Shown piece after piece: positions 1 through 9,632 of a stretch of 64,000 bases of DNA. The DNA comes from Myxococcota bacterium. GTDB taxonomy: Bacteria > Myxococcota_A > UBA796 > CAJQPC01. Location: the NCBI GenBank assembly GCA_036229005.1, contig JAZAMN010000031.1:96001-160000 (forward strand). The letters run 5' to 3'. The position numbers and the translations under genes were made by a program. The notes below the pieces were generated by a model. The model searched no databases and had not been told where the DNA came from. It worked only from the letters and a program-made list of their open reading frames with translations. How positions within the stretch are numbered: position 1 is the first letter of the stretch; every line of letters starts with the position of its first letter.

Positions 1-1
1 C

Positions 2-616
2 TGCTGCGAGGGCTCGGTGTATCAGGTGGACCCCAGCACGGGCAGCGTGACCACCTGGTGGACGGGCAGCCCCAGCAGCTCGGGCGCGGATCCCAAGGGC
101 CTGGCCTTCCCCACCGACACCAGCGCGTGGGGCGAATACATCTACGTCTCCGACACCGCCGGCGCCACCAGCTCCCTGCCGCAGATCTGGCGGGGGAACA
201 GCTCCGGCCGCGCCAGCTTCGTGCGCAGCTCCAGCACCTGGAGCACCAGCCACACCCCGCAGAAGATGGGCTTCGCGCCGGACTCCTGGGGCAACGAGCT
301 CTACATCTACAACTCGCACAACCAGTACCTGCAGGTGGTGACGGCCAGCGGCTCGGTGTCGAGCTGGCTGAGCCCCGGCGCGGGCAACGGCATCGTGTGG
401 TCCACGGCGGACACCTGGCACGACGCGGCGGGCGACGAGCAGCTCTACATGGTCGGCGAAGACCTCGTCCAGATCGCGGTGGACGGCACCACGACGGTGT
501 GGGCGACGCCCCCCGACGGCGGCAACGACCTGGCCTTCTCCGCCGACGGCGAGACCCTGTACCTGGAGTGGAACGACGGCATCATCGCCATCGACGCCTG
601 CGAGGTGAGCGAGTGA
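2..616 (+). CDS. Beta-propeller-like protein, 5' truncated by window edge
   Basis: Open frame from the window start; repeats PKGLAF/IYVSD, PQKMGF/LYIY, NDLAFSADGETLY. Confidence 0.55.
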   Translation, partial: CCEGSVYQVDPSTGSVTTWWTGSPSSSGADPKGLAFPTDTSAWGEYIYVSDTAGATSSLPQIWRGNSSGRASFVRSSSTWSTSHTPQKMGFAPDSWGNELYIYNSHNQYLQVVTASGSVSSWLSPGAGNGIVWSTADTWHDAAGDEQLYMVGEDLVQIAVDGTTTVWATPPDGGNDLAFSADGETLYLEWNDGIIAIDACEVSE

Positions 617-1020
617 AGCAGCTCACGCTCCCCTTCCGCACCCCGGGCCGCGGGTTCACCGACATCAGCGACGCCCTGGCCGAGGTCGTCTCGGAGGCCC
701 GGGTCGAGACGGGCCTCTGTCACATCTTCCTGATGCACACCAGCGCGTCGCTGATCGTGCAGGAGAACGCAGATCCCGACGTGCTGCGCGATCTGGAGGA
801 GTGGATGCTGCGACACATTCCCGACGGCGACGCGTATCACCACAGCGCGGAGGGCCCGGACGACATGCCCGCGCACATCCGCGCCGCGCTGACGGCGACC
901 TCGCTGACGCTACCGGTCCAACACGGAAAGCTCGCGCTGGGCACATGGCAGGCGGTGTACCTGTATGAGCACAGGCACCACCCTCACTTGAGACAGGTAT
1001 TGGTGACGGTGATGGGCTGA
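613..1020 (+). CDS. yjbQ: YjbQ/UPF0047 family protein
   Basis: GTG overlaps the upstream TGA; motifs HTSASL-QENADPDV-DL, HSAEGPDDMPAHIR, LGTWQAVYLYEHR. Confidence 0.9.
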   Translation: MKQLTLPFRTPGRGFTDISDALAEVVSEARVETGLCHIFLMHTSASLIVQENADPDVLRDLEEWMLRHIPDGDAYHHSAEGPDDMPAHIRAALTATSLTLPVQHGKLALGTWQAVYLYEHRHHPHLRQVLVTVMG

Positions 1021-1101
1021 GGGAGGCTGGGGGCTGTCACACGCGGGGGTGGGGCGGCGTATTGGCCTGTCACAGGAATGCGGGCAGAGGGAGACGGACA
1101 C

Positions 1102-2409
1102 ATGATGACGAGCATCGGCCTCTGGGCGGCCTTGAGCCCCAGCGCGGCGGCCTTCTGTGGCGCCTACGTGGGCGGGCTGGACGACGGGGAGCTCTCCAAC
1201 CACACAAGTCAGGTGGTGCTGGCGCGGGATGGGCTGCGGACGACCCTGACCCTGGCGAACGATCTGGAGGGGGACGCGACCGACTTCGCGCTGCTGATCC
1301 CGGTCCCGGAGCTGGATCCGGAGGACGTGCGGGTGCTGGATCCCAGCGTGCTTCAGGAGTTGGATGGATACACGGGGCCGCGGCTGGTGGCGTACACCTG
1401 CGAGGACTTCCACTACCCGCCTGCCGACCGAGAGCTCTTCTCCTGGGGCTGCAGGGTCGACTACGAGATGACTCAGAGCAGCGACGGCTGGGGCCCCTCC
1501 GAGGCCAGCACGGTCCAGATCGAGGCCGAGTTCACCGCCGGCGAGTACGAGCTGGTGATCCTCAACGCCGAACAGGCCTCCGACCTCTTGGGCTGGCTGG
1601 ACGACAACGACTACGGCGCCCCCGCGGAGACCCAGGAGCTGCTGCAGGAGTACATCGACCAAGGCACCAGCTTCCTGGCGGCCCGGGTCTCGCTGGACGC
1701 GCAGGCCCAGGGGGTGGAGTGGCTGTCTCCCCTGCAGCTCAGCTACAGCTCCGAGAGCCTGACCCTGCCCATCCTGTTGGGGACGGCGAACTCACCGGGG
1801 GAGCAGGAGCTCATCCTGACGGGCATCCTGCCCCGTGAGCAGGGGGAGCTGGCGATCTCCAACTACCCCCAGCGGACGCTGCCCTACAACGAGTGCATGC
1901 TGCCGGAGGGAGCCGACTATTCCAGCTTCTACGCCGAGACTCTGGATGAGAGCTTCAACCAAGACGACGGGGAGGCCGGCTGGCTGGTCGAGTATTCCTG
2001 GAGCGGCGGCAAGTGCGATCCCTGTCCACCCCAGGGGGAGCTGAGCGAGACCCTGGTGCAAGAGCTGGGATTCTCCGCAGGCACCTCGGAGGCCCACGTC
2101 ACCCGCCTGCGCATGCGCTACAGCCCCGAGCAGGTCCACGCCGATCTGGCGCTCTACGGCAGCGGCTTCGGGAACTTCACCCAGTCCCGATTCATCGAGC
2201 ACAACCCCAACCTGGGCGACCGCTTCGAGGTCTGCGGCCAAGGCCTCATCGAGAGCCTGGGCGACTGCGAGGAGGAGTTCGAGGTGCTGGACGCCCAAGC
2301 CGAGGAGTCGGAGGGCTGCTCAGCCCGGCCCGGGCGCGGGTCGGTGGCGTGGTTGGGGGTCTTGGTGGGGCTGCTGTTGATGCGGCGGCGTTCGCTCCCC
2401 AGGGGCTAG
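1102..2409 (+). CDS. DUF2330-like surface protein with C-terminal MYXO-CTERM-like tail
   Basis: Signal ending AAAFCGAYV; DFALLIPVP; CDPC; TRLRMRY; C-terminus EGCSARPGRG-hydrophobic-RRR. Confidence 0.75.
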   Translation: MMTSIGLWAALSPSAAAFCGAYVGGLDDGELSNHTSQVVLARDGLRTTLTLANDLEGDATDFALLIPVPELDPEDVRVLDPSVLQELDGYTGPRLVAYTCEDFHYPPADRELFSWGCRVDYEMTQSSDGWGPSEASTVQIEAEFTAGEYELVILNAEQASDLLGWLDDNDYGAPAETQELLQEYIDQGTSFLAARVSLDAQAQGVEWLSPLQLSYSSESLTLPILLGTANSPGEQELILTGILPREQGELAISNYPQRTLPYNECMLPEGADYSSFYAETLDESFNQDDGEAGWLVEYSWSGGKCDPCPPQGELSETLVQELGFSAGTSEAHVTRLRMRYSPEQVHADLALYGSGFGNFTQSRFIEHNPNLGDRFEVCGQGLIESLGDCEEEFEVLDAQAEESEGCSARPGRGSVAWLGVLVGLLLMRRRSLPRG

Positions 2410-4016
2410 AACAGACTCCCCTGCCCTGACTCCTGGAGGCTCTGGGGAGTGAGGTGCTCGCCGGCCTGCAAGGCTGCGTGGACCACCTCGAACACCCGCT
2501 GGTCCTCCGCCTGCTTCTCTGCGCTGCGCCTCCCAAGCGAGGACACCACGATGTTCATGCGGTGGTTCTCCGAGAACACCTCCCGGTGTCGGGCCAAGAA
2601 GGCCCAGTACATGGGGGTCAGCGGGCAGGTCTTCTTGGGGTGGAAGGCGCACTGCGCGCAGGCGTCGCCCATCTTGTGGATGTAGTTGGCGCCGGAGACG
2701 TAGGGCTTGGTGGTCATCAGTTCGCCGACGCCGAAGCTGCCCATACCGACCACGTTGGGCTCCACGACCCAGTCGAAGGCGTCGATGAAGCCCACCCAGA
2801 ACCAGTCGGAGAGGGCCCAGGGGTCCACGTCCAGCAGGGTGGCGATGTTGGCGAGCACCATCAGGCGGGGGATGTGGTGGGTCCAGCCGGTCTCCCAGAC
2901 GGCGGCGACCTCTCGGTCCAGGCACTCGAGGCCGGTGGGCGCGCCCTCCCAGTAGCCGGGGGGCAAGGGGGCGCTGCGGGAGAGGGGGTCGCTGAGCGCC
3001 TGGCCCTGGAAGCGGCGCATGCCGTCGGTGACGCGGTGGATGTGTCGCACAAACTCGCGCCAACCCAGGAGCTGGCGTACGAAGCCCTCTTTGGAGTTGA
3101 GCGGGACGTCCAGCGCCAGGGCGTCCGAGAGCACCTGCGCAGGCAGCAGGCGGTGCAGGTTGAGCAGCGGCGAGATGCGCGTGTGGAAGAGGCCCCGGGA
3201 GCGCGTGGACATGGCGTCCTCGAAGGGGCCAAAGTGCGTCATGCAGGCGCGCTGCGCCCACGCCCACAGGGACCTCGCTTGGGCCAGGGTGCCTGGGATC
3301 TGGGAGCCATCCAGCCGGCCGGGGTGGTGGGCAAAGTGCTCCGAGACGAGCGCCAGCACCTCCTCCTTGATGGGGTCGCTGGGGAAGCTGGGGGGCTCGG
3401 GGGCGGGCGGGTCACCCTTCCAGGGCTCGCGGTTGTCGCCGTCGAAGGAGAAGCGGCCCCCCACCGGCTTGCCGTCCTGCATCAGGATGCCGGTGCGCTT
3501 GCGGAGGTTGCGGTAGAAGGCGTCCATGCGGAAGGGGCCCTTGCCGGCCTTGGCGAAGTCGGCCTCGCGGCTCAGCCAGCCTTCGTGGGGGATGCGCTCG
3601 AGCAGGCCCTGGTCAAAGAGGGGCTGGAGCTCGGTCCGCAGCTCGCGCTCGGCGGGGTCCATGCACTGGAGGGGCCCCAGCTCGGCGGCCTGCTGTCGCA
3701 AGAACTCGGCGTAGGGGGCGTCCCCGTGCAGGTAGCGCACGGCCACCCCGCGGCGGGCCTGCTCCAGGACAAAGTGGCGCATGTTGGTGAGCAGCAGGGC
3801 CAGCTTCTGCTTGTGGTAGGGCCGCCGGGCGGGCTTGTGGCGGGTCTCGATGAGCACGATGCCCAGGGACTCCGGCGGCAGGCGGGAGAGCGGGCCGATG
3901 CCGTCGCTGAGCTGGTCGTAGGGGACGTAGAGCCAGCGGCGGGCGCTGGGGTCGCCCCCGTGCGGGGCGGACTGGGCGGACAGGGCGGCGGCGAGCTGCT
4001 GGCGGAAGACGGACAC
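2406..4016 (-). CDS. FeS-BCP cryptochrome / bacterial (6-4) photolyase (PhrB/CryB-like)
   Basis: YDQL, YHKQKL-MRHF, MDAFYR-R, GGRFSFDGDNR, FEDAM, HHIPRLMV, DAFDWVVEPNV, TKPYVSGANYI; Fe-S cysteines LEC and CAQC-CP. Confidence 0.9.
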   Translation of the reverse strand: MSVFRQQLAAALSAQSAPHGGDPSARRWLYVPYDQLSDGIGPLSRLPPESLGIVLIETRHKPARRPYHKQKLALLLTNMRHFVLEQARRGVAVRYLHGDAPYAEFLRQQAAELGPLQCMDPAERELRTELQPLFDQGLLERIPHEGWLSREADFAKAGKGPFRMDAFYRNLRKRTGILMQDGKPVGGRFSFDGDNREPWKGDPPAPEPPSFPSDPIKEEVLALVSEHFAHHPGRLDGSQIPGTLAQARSLWAWAQRACMTHFGPFEDAMSTRSRGLFHTRISPLLNLHRLLPAQVLSDALALDVPLNSKEGFVRQLLGWREFVRHIHRVTDGMRRFQGQALSDPLSRSAPLPPGYWEGAPTGLECLDREVAAVWETGWTHHIPRLMVLANIATLLDVDPWALSDWFWVGFIDAFDWVVEPNVVGMGSFGVGELMTTKPYVSGANYIHKMGDACAQCAFHPKKTCPLTPMYWAFLARHREVFSENHRMNIVVSSLGRRSAEKQAEDQRVFEVVHAALQAGEHLTPQSLQESGQGSLF

Positions 4017-4088
4017 GGTGACCTCGGCTGCGGTGGGGAGTCAGCGAGGGGTTCTTGCAACTCTGAGCCCCAAGGGGTGAACCCAGGC

Positions 4089-6443
4089 ATGTCCCAGCTC
4101 TCCCTGCGTCCTCCCTTCCTCCCTCCCCTGCTGGCCGAGCGGCTGCTGTCGAACCCGGCGCCTCGGGCCGGTGAGTTCGTGCTCTATTGGCCTCGGGTCT
4201 CGGTGCGGGCGCAGGAGAACCCGGCGCTGGATGTCGCGCGCTTTCTGGCCGCCGAGCTGGATCTTCCGCTGCTGACCTACCACGGACTCTCGGAGCGCTA
4301 CCCCCACGCGAGCGACCGGCACCACGCCTTCATCCTGCAGGGGGCGCGGGACATGCAGCGGGCTCTGCGGGAGCGAGGAGAGCGGCTGGTGTCCCACGTT
4401 CAGCGGCGGGGTCACCGTCAGGACACCCTCAAGGCTCTGGCTCAGCGGGCGGCCGTGGTGGTCGTCGAGGCCATGCCGATGCCCTTTTTGCAGCGCTGGA
4501 CGCAGGTCGTGGCGGAGCTCGCGCCGCTGTGGGAGGTGGACGCGAGCTGCCTTGTGCCCCTGGGCAGCCTGGACAAGCAGCCGCAGCGGGCCTTTGCCCT
4601 CCGCAAGAAGACCACGCCCCTGAGACAGGATCCCTACGCGGCGGGGGACTGGGATCCGCCGACCGTGCGGGCCTTTGGCGGCGATGTGGGCTTTGCGTCC
4701 CTGGACCTGACACAGATCGATCTCGCGGAGCTGATCGGGCAGTGCGACGTGGACCACACGGTCTGCCCGGTCGCGCACACGCAGGGTGGCAGCGTGGCCG
4801 CGACCGAACGCTGGGAGGCCTTCCTGGACGGCCCCATCCAGCGCTACGCCCGCGACCGGAACAACGCGGCCCGGCCCCTGGCGGTCTCGCGCCTGAGCCC
4901 CTGGCTGCACTACGGGCACATCTCGCCCTTTCGGGTGGCCCGGCAGGCAATGGCGGTGGGCGCGGACAAGTTCCTGGACGAGCTGCTGGTCTGGCGGGAG
5001 CTGGCCTGGCACCACTGTCACCACGCCCAGGTACACCCCCAGACCTGGGAGGCCCTGCCCCAATGGGCCCGCGACACCCTGCTGGAGCACGAGGACCACA
5101 GCAGCGCCCAGCCCCCCTGGAACCTGGACGAGGGGCGCACTGGCATCGAGCTCTTCGACCTCTGCGCCCGCAGCCTGCGCACCCACGGCGAGCTGCACAA
5201 CAACCTGCGCATGACCTGGGGCAAGGCGCTGCTGGGGCTGAGTCACGGCCCCAAGGAGGCGCTGGCCTGGCTCTTTGGGATCAACAACCGCTACGCCCTG
5301 GACGGCCGCGACCCCAACTCGGTGGCGGGGCTGAGCTGGTGCCTGGGCAACCTGGACCGCCCCTTCGCCCCCGCGCGGCCGGTCTTTGGGCGGGTGCGCT
5401 CGCGCTCGGTGGCCCAGCACGCAAAGCGCCTGGACATCCCCCAGTATCGGCGCTGGGTGGAGCGCCCCATCGGGCAGCGACTGCCCCGGGTGCTGGTGGT
5501 CGGCGCGGGGCTGGCGGGGGCGGCGGCGGCCTGGACCCTGCGGCAGGCCGGGGTGCCGCACCGCGTGGTGGACAAGGGGCGCGGGGTGGGCGGGCGCATG
5601 TCCTCTCGGCGCTCGGAGGCCGGCCGCTTCGACCACGGGGCCCAGTGCTTCACGGTGCGCGATGACCGCTTCTTCCGCACCCTGGACCTGCTCGCCCAGA
5701 GCGGCCACGCGGCCCAGTGGCACGCCCGCTTGGGACGCTTCGACGGGACCTGGTCCCCCCTGGAGCTGGAGCTGGAGCACGGCCGCTGGGTGGGCGCGCC
5801 CACCATGAACGCCATCCCCAAGGCGCTGCTGGAGGGGAGCGAGGTGGACCTGGGTGTCCGGGTCACCGGGGTACACCGCGAAGGGGACGGGTGGCGCGTG
5901 GTCAGCGCCGACGGGGAGCTGGGTCTCTTCGACGAGGTCATCCTGACGCTGCCCGCCCCCCAAGCGGTGGCGCTGCTGGGGCCCGAGAATCCGCTGTCGC
6001 AAGAGCTGGCGCGGGTGCAGATCGCGCCTTGCTGGGCGGGCCTGGCGGTGGGCGAAGCGGGCCTGGAGTGGGAGGCCGCCGAGGTGGTGGGCAGCCCGCT
6101 GCGCTGGGTCGCGCGGCAGGATGTCCTCGCTGGCAGGCAGGGGGTCGAGCGGTGGGTGCTGCACGCGAGCCCACAGTGGTCTGCCGCAAATCTGGAGTGC
6201 ACCAAAGAGCAGGCGGCCCAGGCTCTGGGGCAGGCCTTCACGGAGCTGACCGGCCGAGCTTGGCCGGAGCTGCAGGCGCACCGCTGGCGCTACAGCCTGG
6301 TGACCCAGGCGCTGGGCGTGGACTTCCTCAGCCATCAGGGGCTGCGCCACGCGGGGGACGGGTGCCTGGGCGGGCGCGTGGAGGCGGCGTACTTGAGCGG
6401 GGTGGCAGCGGCGGGGGCCGTGGTGCGGGAGGCGGTGCTGTGA
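4089..6443 (+). CDS. Class II-type CPD photolyase fused to renalase-like FAD oxidoreductase (784 aa)
   Basis: N-half: VLYW-RAQENPAL, SRLSPWLHYG, HNNLRMTWGK, NRYALDGRDPNS. C-half: VVGAGLAG, DKGRGVGGRMSSRR, FDHGAQ, HRWRYS, AGD-GGRVEAAYLSG. Confidence 0.85.
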   Translation: MSQLSLRPPFLPPLLAERLLSNPAPRAGEFVLYWPRVSVRAQENPALDVARFLAAELDLPLLTYHGLSERYPHASDRHHAFILQGARDMQRALRERGERLVSHVQRRGHRQDTLKALAQRAAVVVVEAMPMPFLQRWTQVVAELAPLWEVDASCLVPLGSLDKQPQRAFALRKKTTPLRQDPYAAGDWDPPTVRAFGGDVGFASLDLTQIDLAELIGQCDVDHTVCPVAHTQGGSVAATERWEAFLDGPIQRYARDRNNAARPLAVSRLSPWLHYGHISPFRVARQAMAVGADKFLDELLVWRELAWHHCHHAQVHPQTWEALPQWARDTLLEHEDHSSAQPPWNLDEGRTGIELFDLCARSLRTHGELHNNLRMTWGKALLGLSHGPKEALAWLFGINNRYALDGRDPNSVAGLSWCLGNLDRPFAPARPVFGRVRSRSVAQHAKRLDIPQYRRWVERPIGQRLPRVLVVGAGLAGAAAAWTLRQAGVPHRVVDKGRGVGGRMSSRRSEAGRFDHGAQCFTVRDDRFFRTLDLLAQSGHAAQWHARLGRFDGTWSPLELELEHGRWVGAPTMNAIPKALLEGSEVDLGVRVTGVHREGDGWRVVSADGELGLFDEVILTLPAPQAVALLGPENPLSQELARVQIAPCWAGLAVGEAGLEWEAAEVVGSPLRWVARQDVLAGRQGVERWVLHASPQWSAANLECTKEQAAQALGQAFTELTGRAWPELQAHRWRYSLVTQALGVDFLSHQGLRHAGDGCLGGRVEAAYLSGVAAAGAVVREAVL

Positions 6444-6450
6444 GATCGAT

Positions 6451-6733
6451 GGCTACGGGGGCTGAGTGAGCGAGACCCTGTGGCTACGGGGGCTGAGTGA
6501 GCGACTTTCTGCGGCTACGGCATCTCAGTGAGCGGATCGGCGACCGATCGAGGCCTTGGAGGTGCCTAAGAGGCCCTTTGGACTCCCCAAATGCCGCTTC
6601 CGCCCCTCTGCGCGGCCAGATCGGTGGGCCAAGCGCTCACCGGTGGGGCGTAGCCTCGGAAGAGCGCTCACTCAGGGGGCGTAGCTTCGGGGTGCCGCTC
6701 AATCAGGGGGCGTAGCCTCGGGGTGCCGCTCAG
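6451..6733. repeat. Intergenic element, copy 1: three direct and three inverted 22-bp boxes at 31-bp period
   Basis: GGCTACG-N8-GTGAGCG at 6451, 6482, 6513; inverted CGCTCAC-N8-CGTAGCC-like at 6634, 6665, 6696 (partial at 6727). Confidence 0.9.
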
Positions 6734-6760
6734 TCGCGGTGCTGGCCGTCCCGGTCGTAC

Positions 6761-7708
6761 CTACTCGAAGCACGCCGCATCCGGGCTGTCCCCACAGCAG
6801 CCCTCCAAGGTGTCCGCCGCCAGCCCGTACGCCGCCTCCCAGTCGGCCTCGGTGGGGTAGGCGGCCAGCAGGGCCTCCTGCTCAAGGTGGGGCATCCAGC
6901 GACTCTGGGGGTAGCCGGCCGCGGTCGCGCTCCCACGCAGCCCGGTCCTTCGACCGGTCGCTTCCAGCGCGAGCGTGCAGCTACGGCCCGCGGAGATGGC
7001 GTGACACTGGGTGCAGGCCTGCGCGTCCGGGTGGGTGACCGGCTGGGGGAGGACCCACTCGTCGGGGTTGAGCGCGACCAGAGCGTCCTGGGCGATGACC
7101 TCGAAGCGGTTGTGGTCCAGCTCTGGGAGCAGCCCCGGCTGGGCGATCCAGGGGTTGACCAGGATGGGGCCGTTGTCGTGGCAGACCACGCAGCTGGCGC
7201 GGCCCAGGTTCTCCAGGGTGTACCAGTGCGGCCGGTCGGGGAACCAGGCCAGGTCTTCGTCGCTGCCGGGCCGCGGCAGGTCCTGGCCCAGGCCGAACTC
7301 GTTGTCGCGGTGGTTGGTGGACAGGAAGCAGGTCTCGCCGGTCTCGGGGTGGACGGCGATGGCGTTGAGCTGGTCGAAGGCAGGATCGTCGTCGTAGTTC
7401 CGGCAGGTGAACACCCAGGGGGTGCCCTGCTCGTTGACAGCGACGCCGAGTCGGGAGCCCCAGCCGCAGCCGGCGACCGAAGGCTTGTCACAGCGCCCGC
7501 CCGACTCCAGCTGCTCGGAGTGGGCCACGGCGACGCCGTCCACGGTGATGGGGATCTCGGTGGCCGCCTGGCAGTCGATCACAGGCATCGGGCCCAGGAC
7601 CTGCTCGCAGCGGGCCAGGTAGGTGGCGGTGTCGACGACCTCGATGGGGGTGGGCTCGGAGTCCCCTGAGACCTCGTCCTTCGCGCAGGCGAGCAGCCAG
7701 ATCCACAT
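6761..7708 (-). CDS. Di-heme c-type cytochrome lipoprotein
   Basis: MWIWLLAC lipobox; CVVCH and CTQCH; additional cysteines. Confidence 0.65.
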   Translation of the reverse strand: MWIWLLACAKDEVSGDSEPTPIEVVDTATYLARCEQVLGPMPVIDCQAATEIPITVDGVAVAHSEQLESGGRCDKPSVAGCGWGSRLGVAVNEQGTPWVFTCRNYDDDPAFDQLNAIAVHPETGETCFLSTNHRDNEFGLGQDLPRPGSDEDLAWFPDRPHWYTLENLGRASCVVCHDNGPILVNPWIAQPGLLPELDHNRFEVIAQDALVALNPDEWVLPQPVTHPDAQACTQCHAISAGRSCTLALEATGRRTGLRGSATAAGYPQSRWMPHLEQEALLAAYPTEADWEAAYGLAADTLEGCCGDSPDAACFE

Positions 7709-7775
7709 CGTCGTCTCCCGGACCACCAGTATGCCCCAGGCCCGCTGGGTTAGTCGGCCCGCCAAGGAGTCCCCC

Positions 7776-8324
7776 ATGTCCCTGACCGACCGCGCCGGCG
7801 GCGTCTGCGAGCTCTGCTCAAACGCCGAGCAGATCGCCCCCTTCTCCGTCGCTCCCCACCAGGACGACAACCCCGACCACCAGATCCTGGCCTGCTCTGT
7901 CTGCCTGGAGGCCATGGAGACGCCGAACGAGCACGCCGACCACTGGCGCTGCCTGCAGGGCTCTGCCTGGTCCGCCGAGCCCCCCGTTCAGGTGGTAGCC
8001 TGGCGCCTGCTGCACCGGCTGGAGCCCGCCTGGGCCCGCGAGCTCGCTGAGCAGATCTACCTGGACGAGGACACCGTGGCCTGGGCCCGCCAGGGCCAGC
8101 CCGACCCCGACGCCGAGGCCACCGTGGACAGCAACGGCACCGCCCTGTCCGACGGCGACACCGTCACCCTGATCAAGGACCTGAACGTCAAGGGCGGCGG
8201 CTTCACCGCCAAGCGCGGCACCACGGTCAAGAACATCCGCCTGAGCGGCGACCCCAAGTACGTCGAGGGCCGCATCAACAAGCAGACCATCGTGCTGGTG
8301 GCTGCCTACCTCAAGAAGGCCTGA
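7776..8324 (+). CDS. PhnA/YjdM-domain zinc-ribbon protein
   Basis: SD AAGGAG; CELC and CSVC; DSNG-L-DGD-V-LIKDL-VKG-KRGT-VKNIRL. Confidence 0.85.
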   Translation: MSLTDRAGGVCELCSNAEQIAPFSVAPHQDDNPDHQILACSVCLEAMETPNEHADHWRCLQGSAWSAEPPVQVVAWRLLHRLEPAWARELAEQIYLDEDTVAWARQGQPDPDAEATVDSNGTALSDGDTVTLIKDLNVKGGGFTAKRGTTVKNIRLSGDPKYVEGRINKQTIVLVAAYLKKA

Positions 8325-8327
8325 GTC

Positions 8328-9632
8328 ATGAGCAGCCTGTCCTCGCTGGCGCCGAAGGGTGCACTGACGTTGAGGGGCCGACTGGTCCAGTGGGTGGGGA
8401 ATCCATTTCAGGATGGCCCAGAGTCCCTCCTCCACCACCAGGACGGGCTGCTGCACGCGGTAGACGGCAAGATCGTGCACGCCGGGGACGCTCAGCGGAT
8501 CCTGGCCGAGCACCCGGAGCTGGAGCCGGAGCCCGTGCACGGCATCCTGGCCCCCGGCTTCATCGACGCGCACCTGCACCTGCCGCAGATGCGCATCCTG
8601 GGCGCCCACGGCGAGCAGCTGCTGGACTGGCTGGAGCGCTACACCTTCCCCGCCGAGCGCAGCTTCGAGGACCCCCAGGTCTGTGCGGACTCCGCGCGCC
8701 TGTTCGTGGACGCCTGCCTGCAGCGCGGCGTGACCACGGCGGCCGCCTTCTGCACGGTGCACGCTGGCTCGGTGGACGCGCTCTTTGAGGCCGCCAGCGC
8801 CCGGAACATGCGGATGATCGCCGGCAAGGTGCTCATGGACCGCAACGCCCCGGAGTTCCTGCGGGACAGCGCCCAGTCGGGCTTTGACGACTCGGCCGCG
8901 CTCATGGATCGCTGGCACGGGGTGGGCCGGAACGCCTACGCCGTGACGCCTCGCTTCGCGCCGACCTCGACCCCCGAGCAGCTCGAGGCCTCCGGCGCGC
9001 TCTTTCAGCGAAAGCCCGGTGTCTACCTGCAGTCCCACGTGGCCGAGAACCAGGCCGAGTGCGCCTGGGTCAAGGAGCTCTTCCCCGACTCCGAGAGCTA
9101 CCTGGAGGTCTACGAGCGCTTCGGTCTGCTGGGCCGCCGCGCGCTCTACGGCCACGGCATCTACCTGCAGGACCGCGATCTGCAGCGCCTGAGCGAGAGC
9201 GGCGCGGCCATCGTGCACTGCCCCAGCTCGAACCTCTTCCTGGGCAGCGGCCTGCTGAACGTCGAGCGCCTGGTCGGCCACGGGCACCTGGCGCTGGGCT
9301 CGGACATCGGCGCCGGGACGCACCTCTCGCCCATGACCACCCTCTCCGACGCCTACAAGGTCTCGAGCATGGCCGGGGCCCCCCTGGACGCCTTCAAGCT
9401 GTGGTGGCTGGCGACCGCGGGCGGCGCGGAGGCCCTGGAGCTGGCCGGCGTCGTGGGCAACCTTGTCCCCGGCGCGGACGCCGACATCGTCCTGCTGGAC
9501 GGCGAGATCTCCGAGCTGCACGCCCACCGCCTACACCACGCCCGATCCCTGGAGGAGGAGCTCTTCTTCCTGGCCGCCTGCGGCGAGGCCGACATGGTCG
9601 CGCGCACCTGGGTCGCCGGTCAGGAGGTCTGA
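8328..9632 (+). CDS. guaD: Guanine deaminase
   Basis: PGFIDAHLHLPQ, GEQLLDWL-YTFPAE, GKVLMDRNAP, YAVTPRFAPTS, QSHVAEN, HCPSSNLFLGSG, GSDIGAG. Confidence 0.92.
   Translation: MSSLSSLAPKGALTLRGRLVQWVGNPFQDGPESLLHHQDGLLHAVDGKIVHAGDAQRILAEHPELEPEPVHGILAPGFIDAHLHLPQMRILGAHGEQLLDWLERYTFPAERSFEDPQVCADSARLFVDACLQRGVTTAAAFCTVHAGSVDALFEAASARNMRMIAGKVLMDRNAPEFLRDSAQSGFDDSAALMDRWHGVGRNAYAVTPRFAPTSTPEQLEASGALFQRKPGVYLQSHVAENQAECAWVKELFPDSESYLEVYERFGLLGRRALYGHGIYLQDRDLQRLSESGAAIVHCPSSNLFLGSGLLNVERLVGHGHLALGSDIGAGTHLSPMTTLSDAYKVSSMAGAPLDAFKLWWLATAGGAEALELAGVVGNLVPGADADIVLLDGEISELHAHRLHHARSLEEELFFLAACGEADMVARTWVAGQEV

Noticed and set aside
2454..4088. N-terminal 545 codons of the 1329-aa ORF
   Set aside because: Antisense shadow of the (6-4) photolyase; photolyase motifs begin only after ATG 4089.
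6451..6733. 31-bp repeats as a CRISPR array or coding repeat
   Set aside because: Gaps between boxes are only 9 bp, the halves are inverted, no cas genes are present, and the period is not a multiple of 3.
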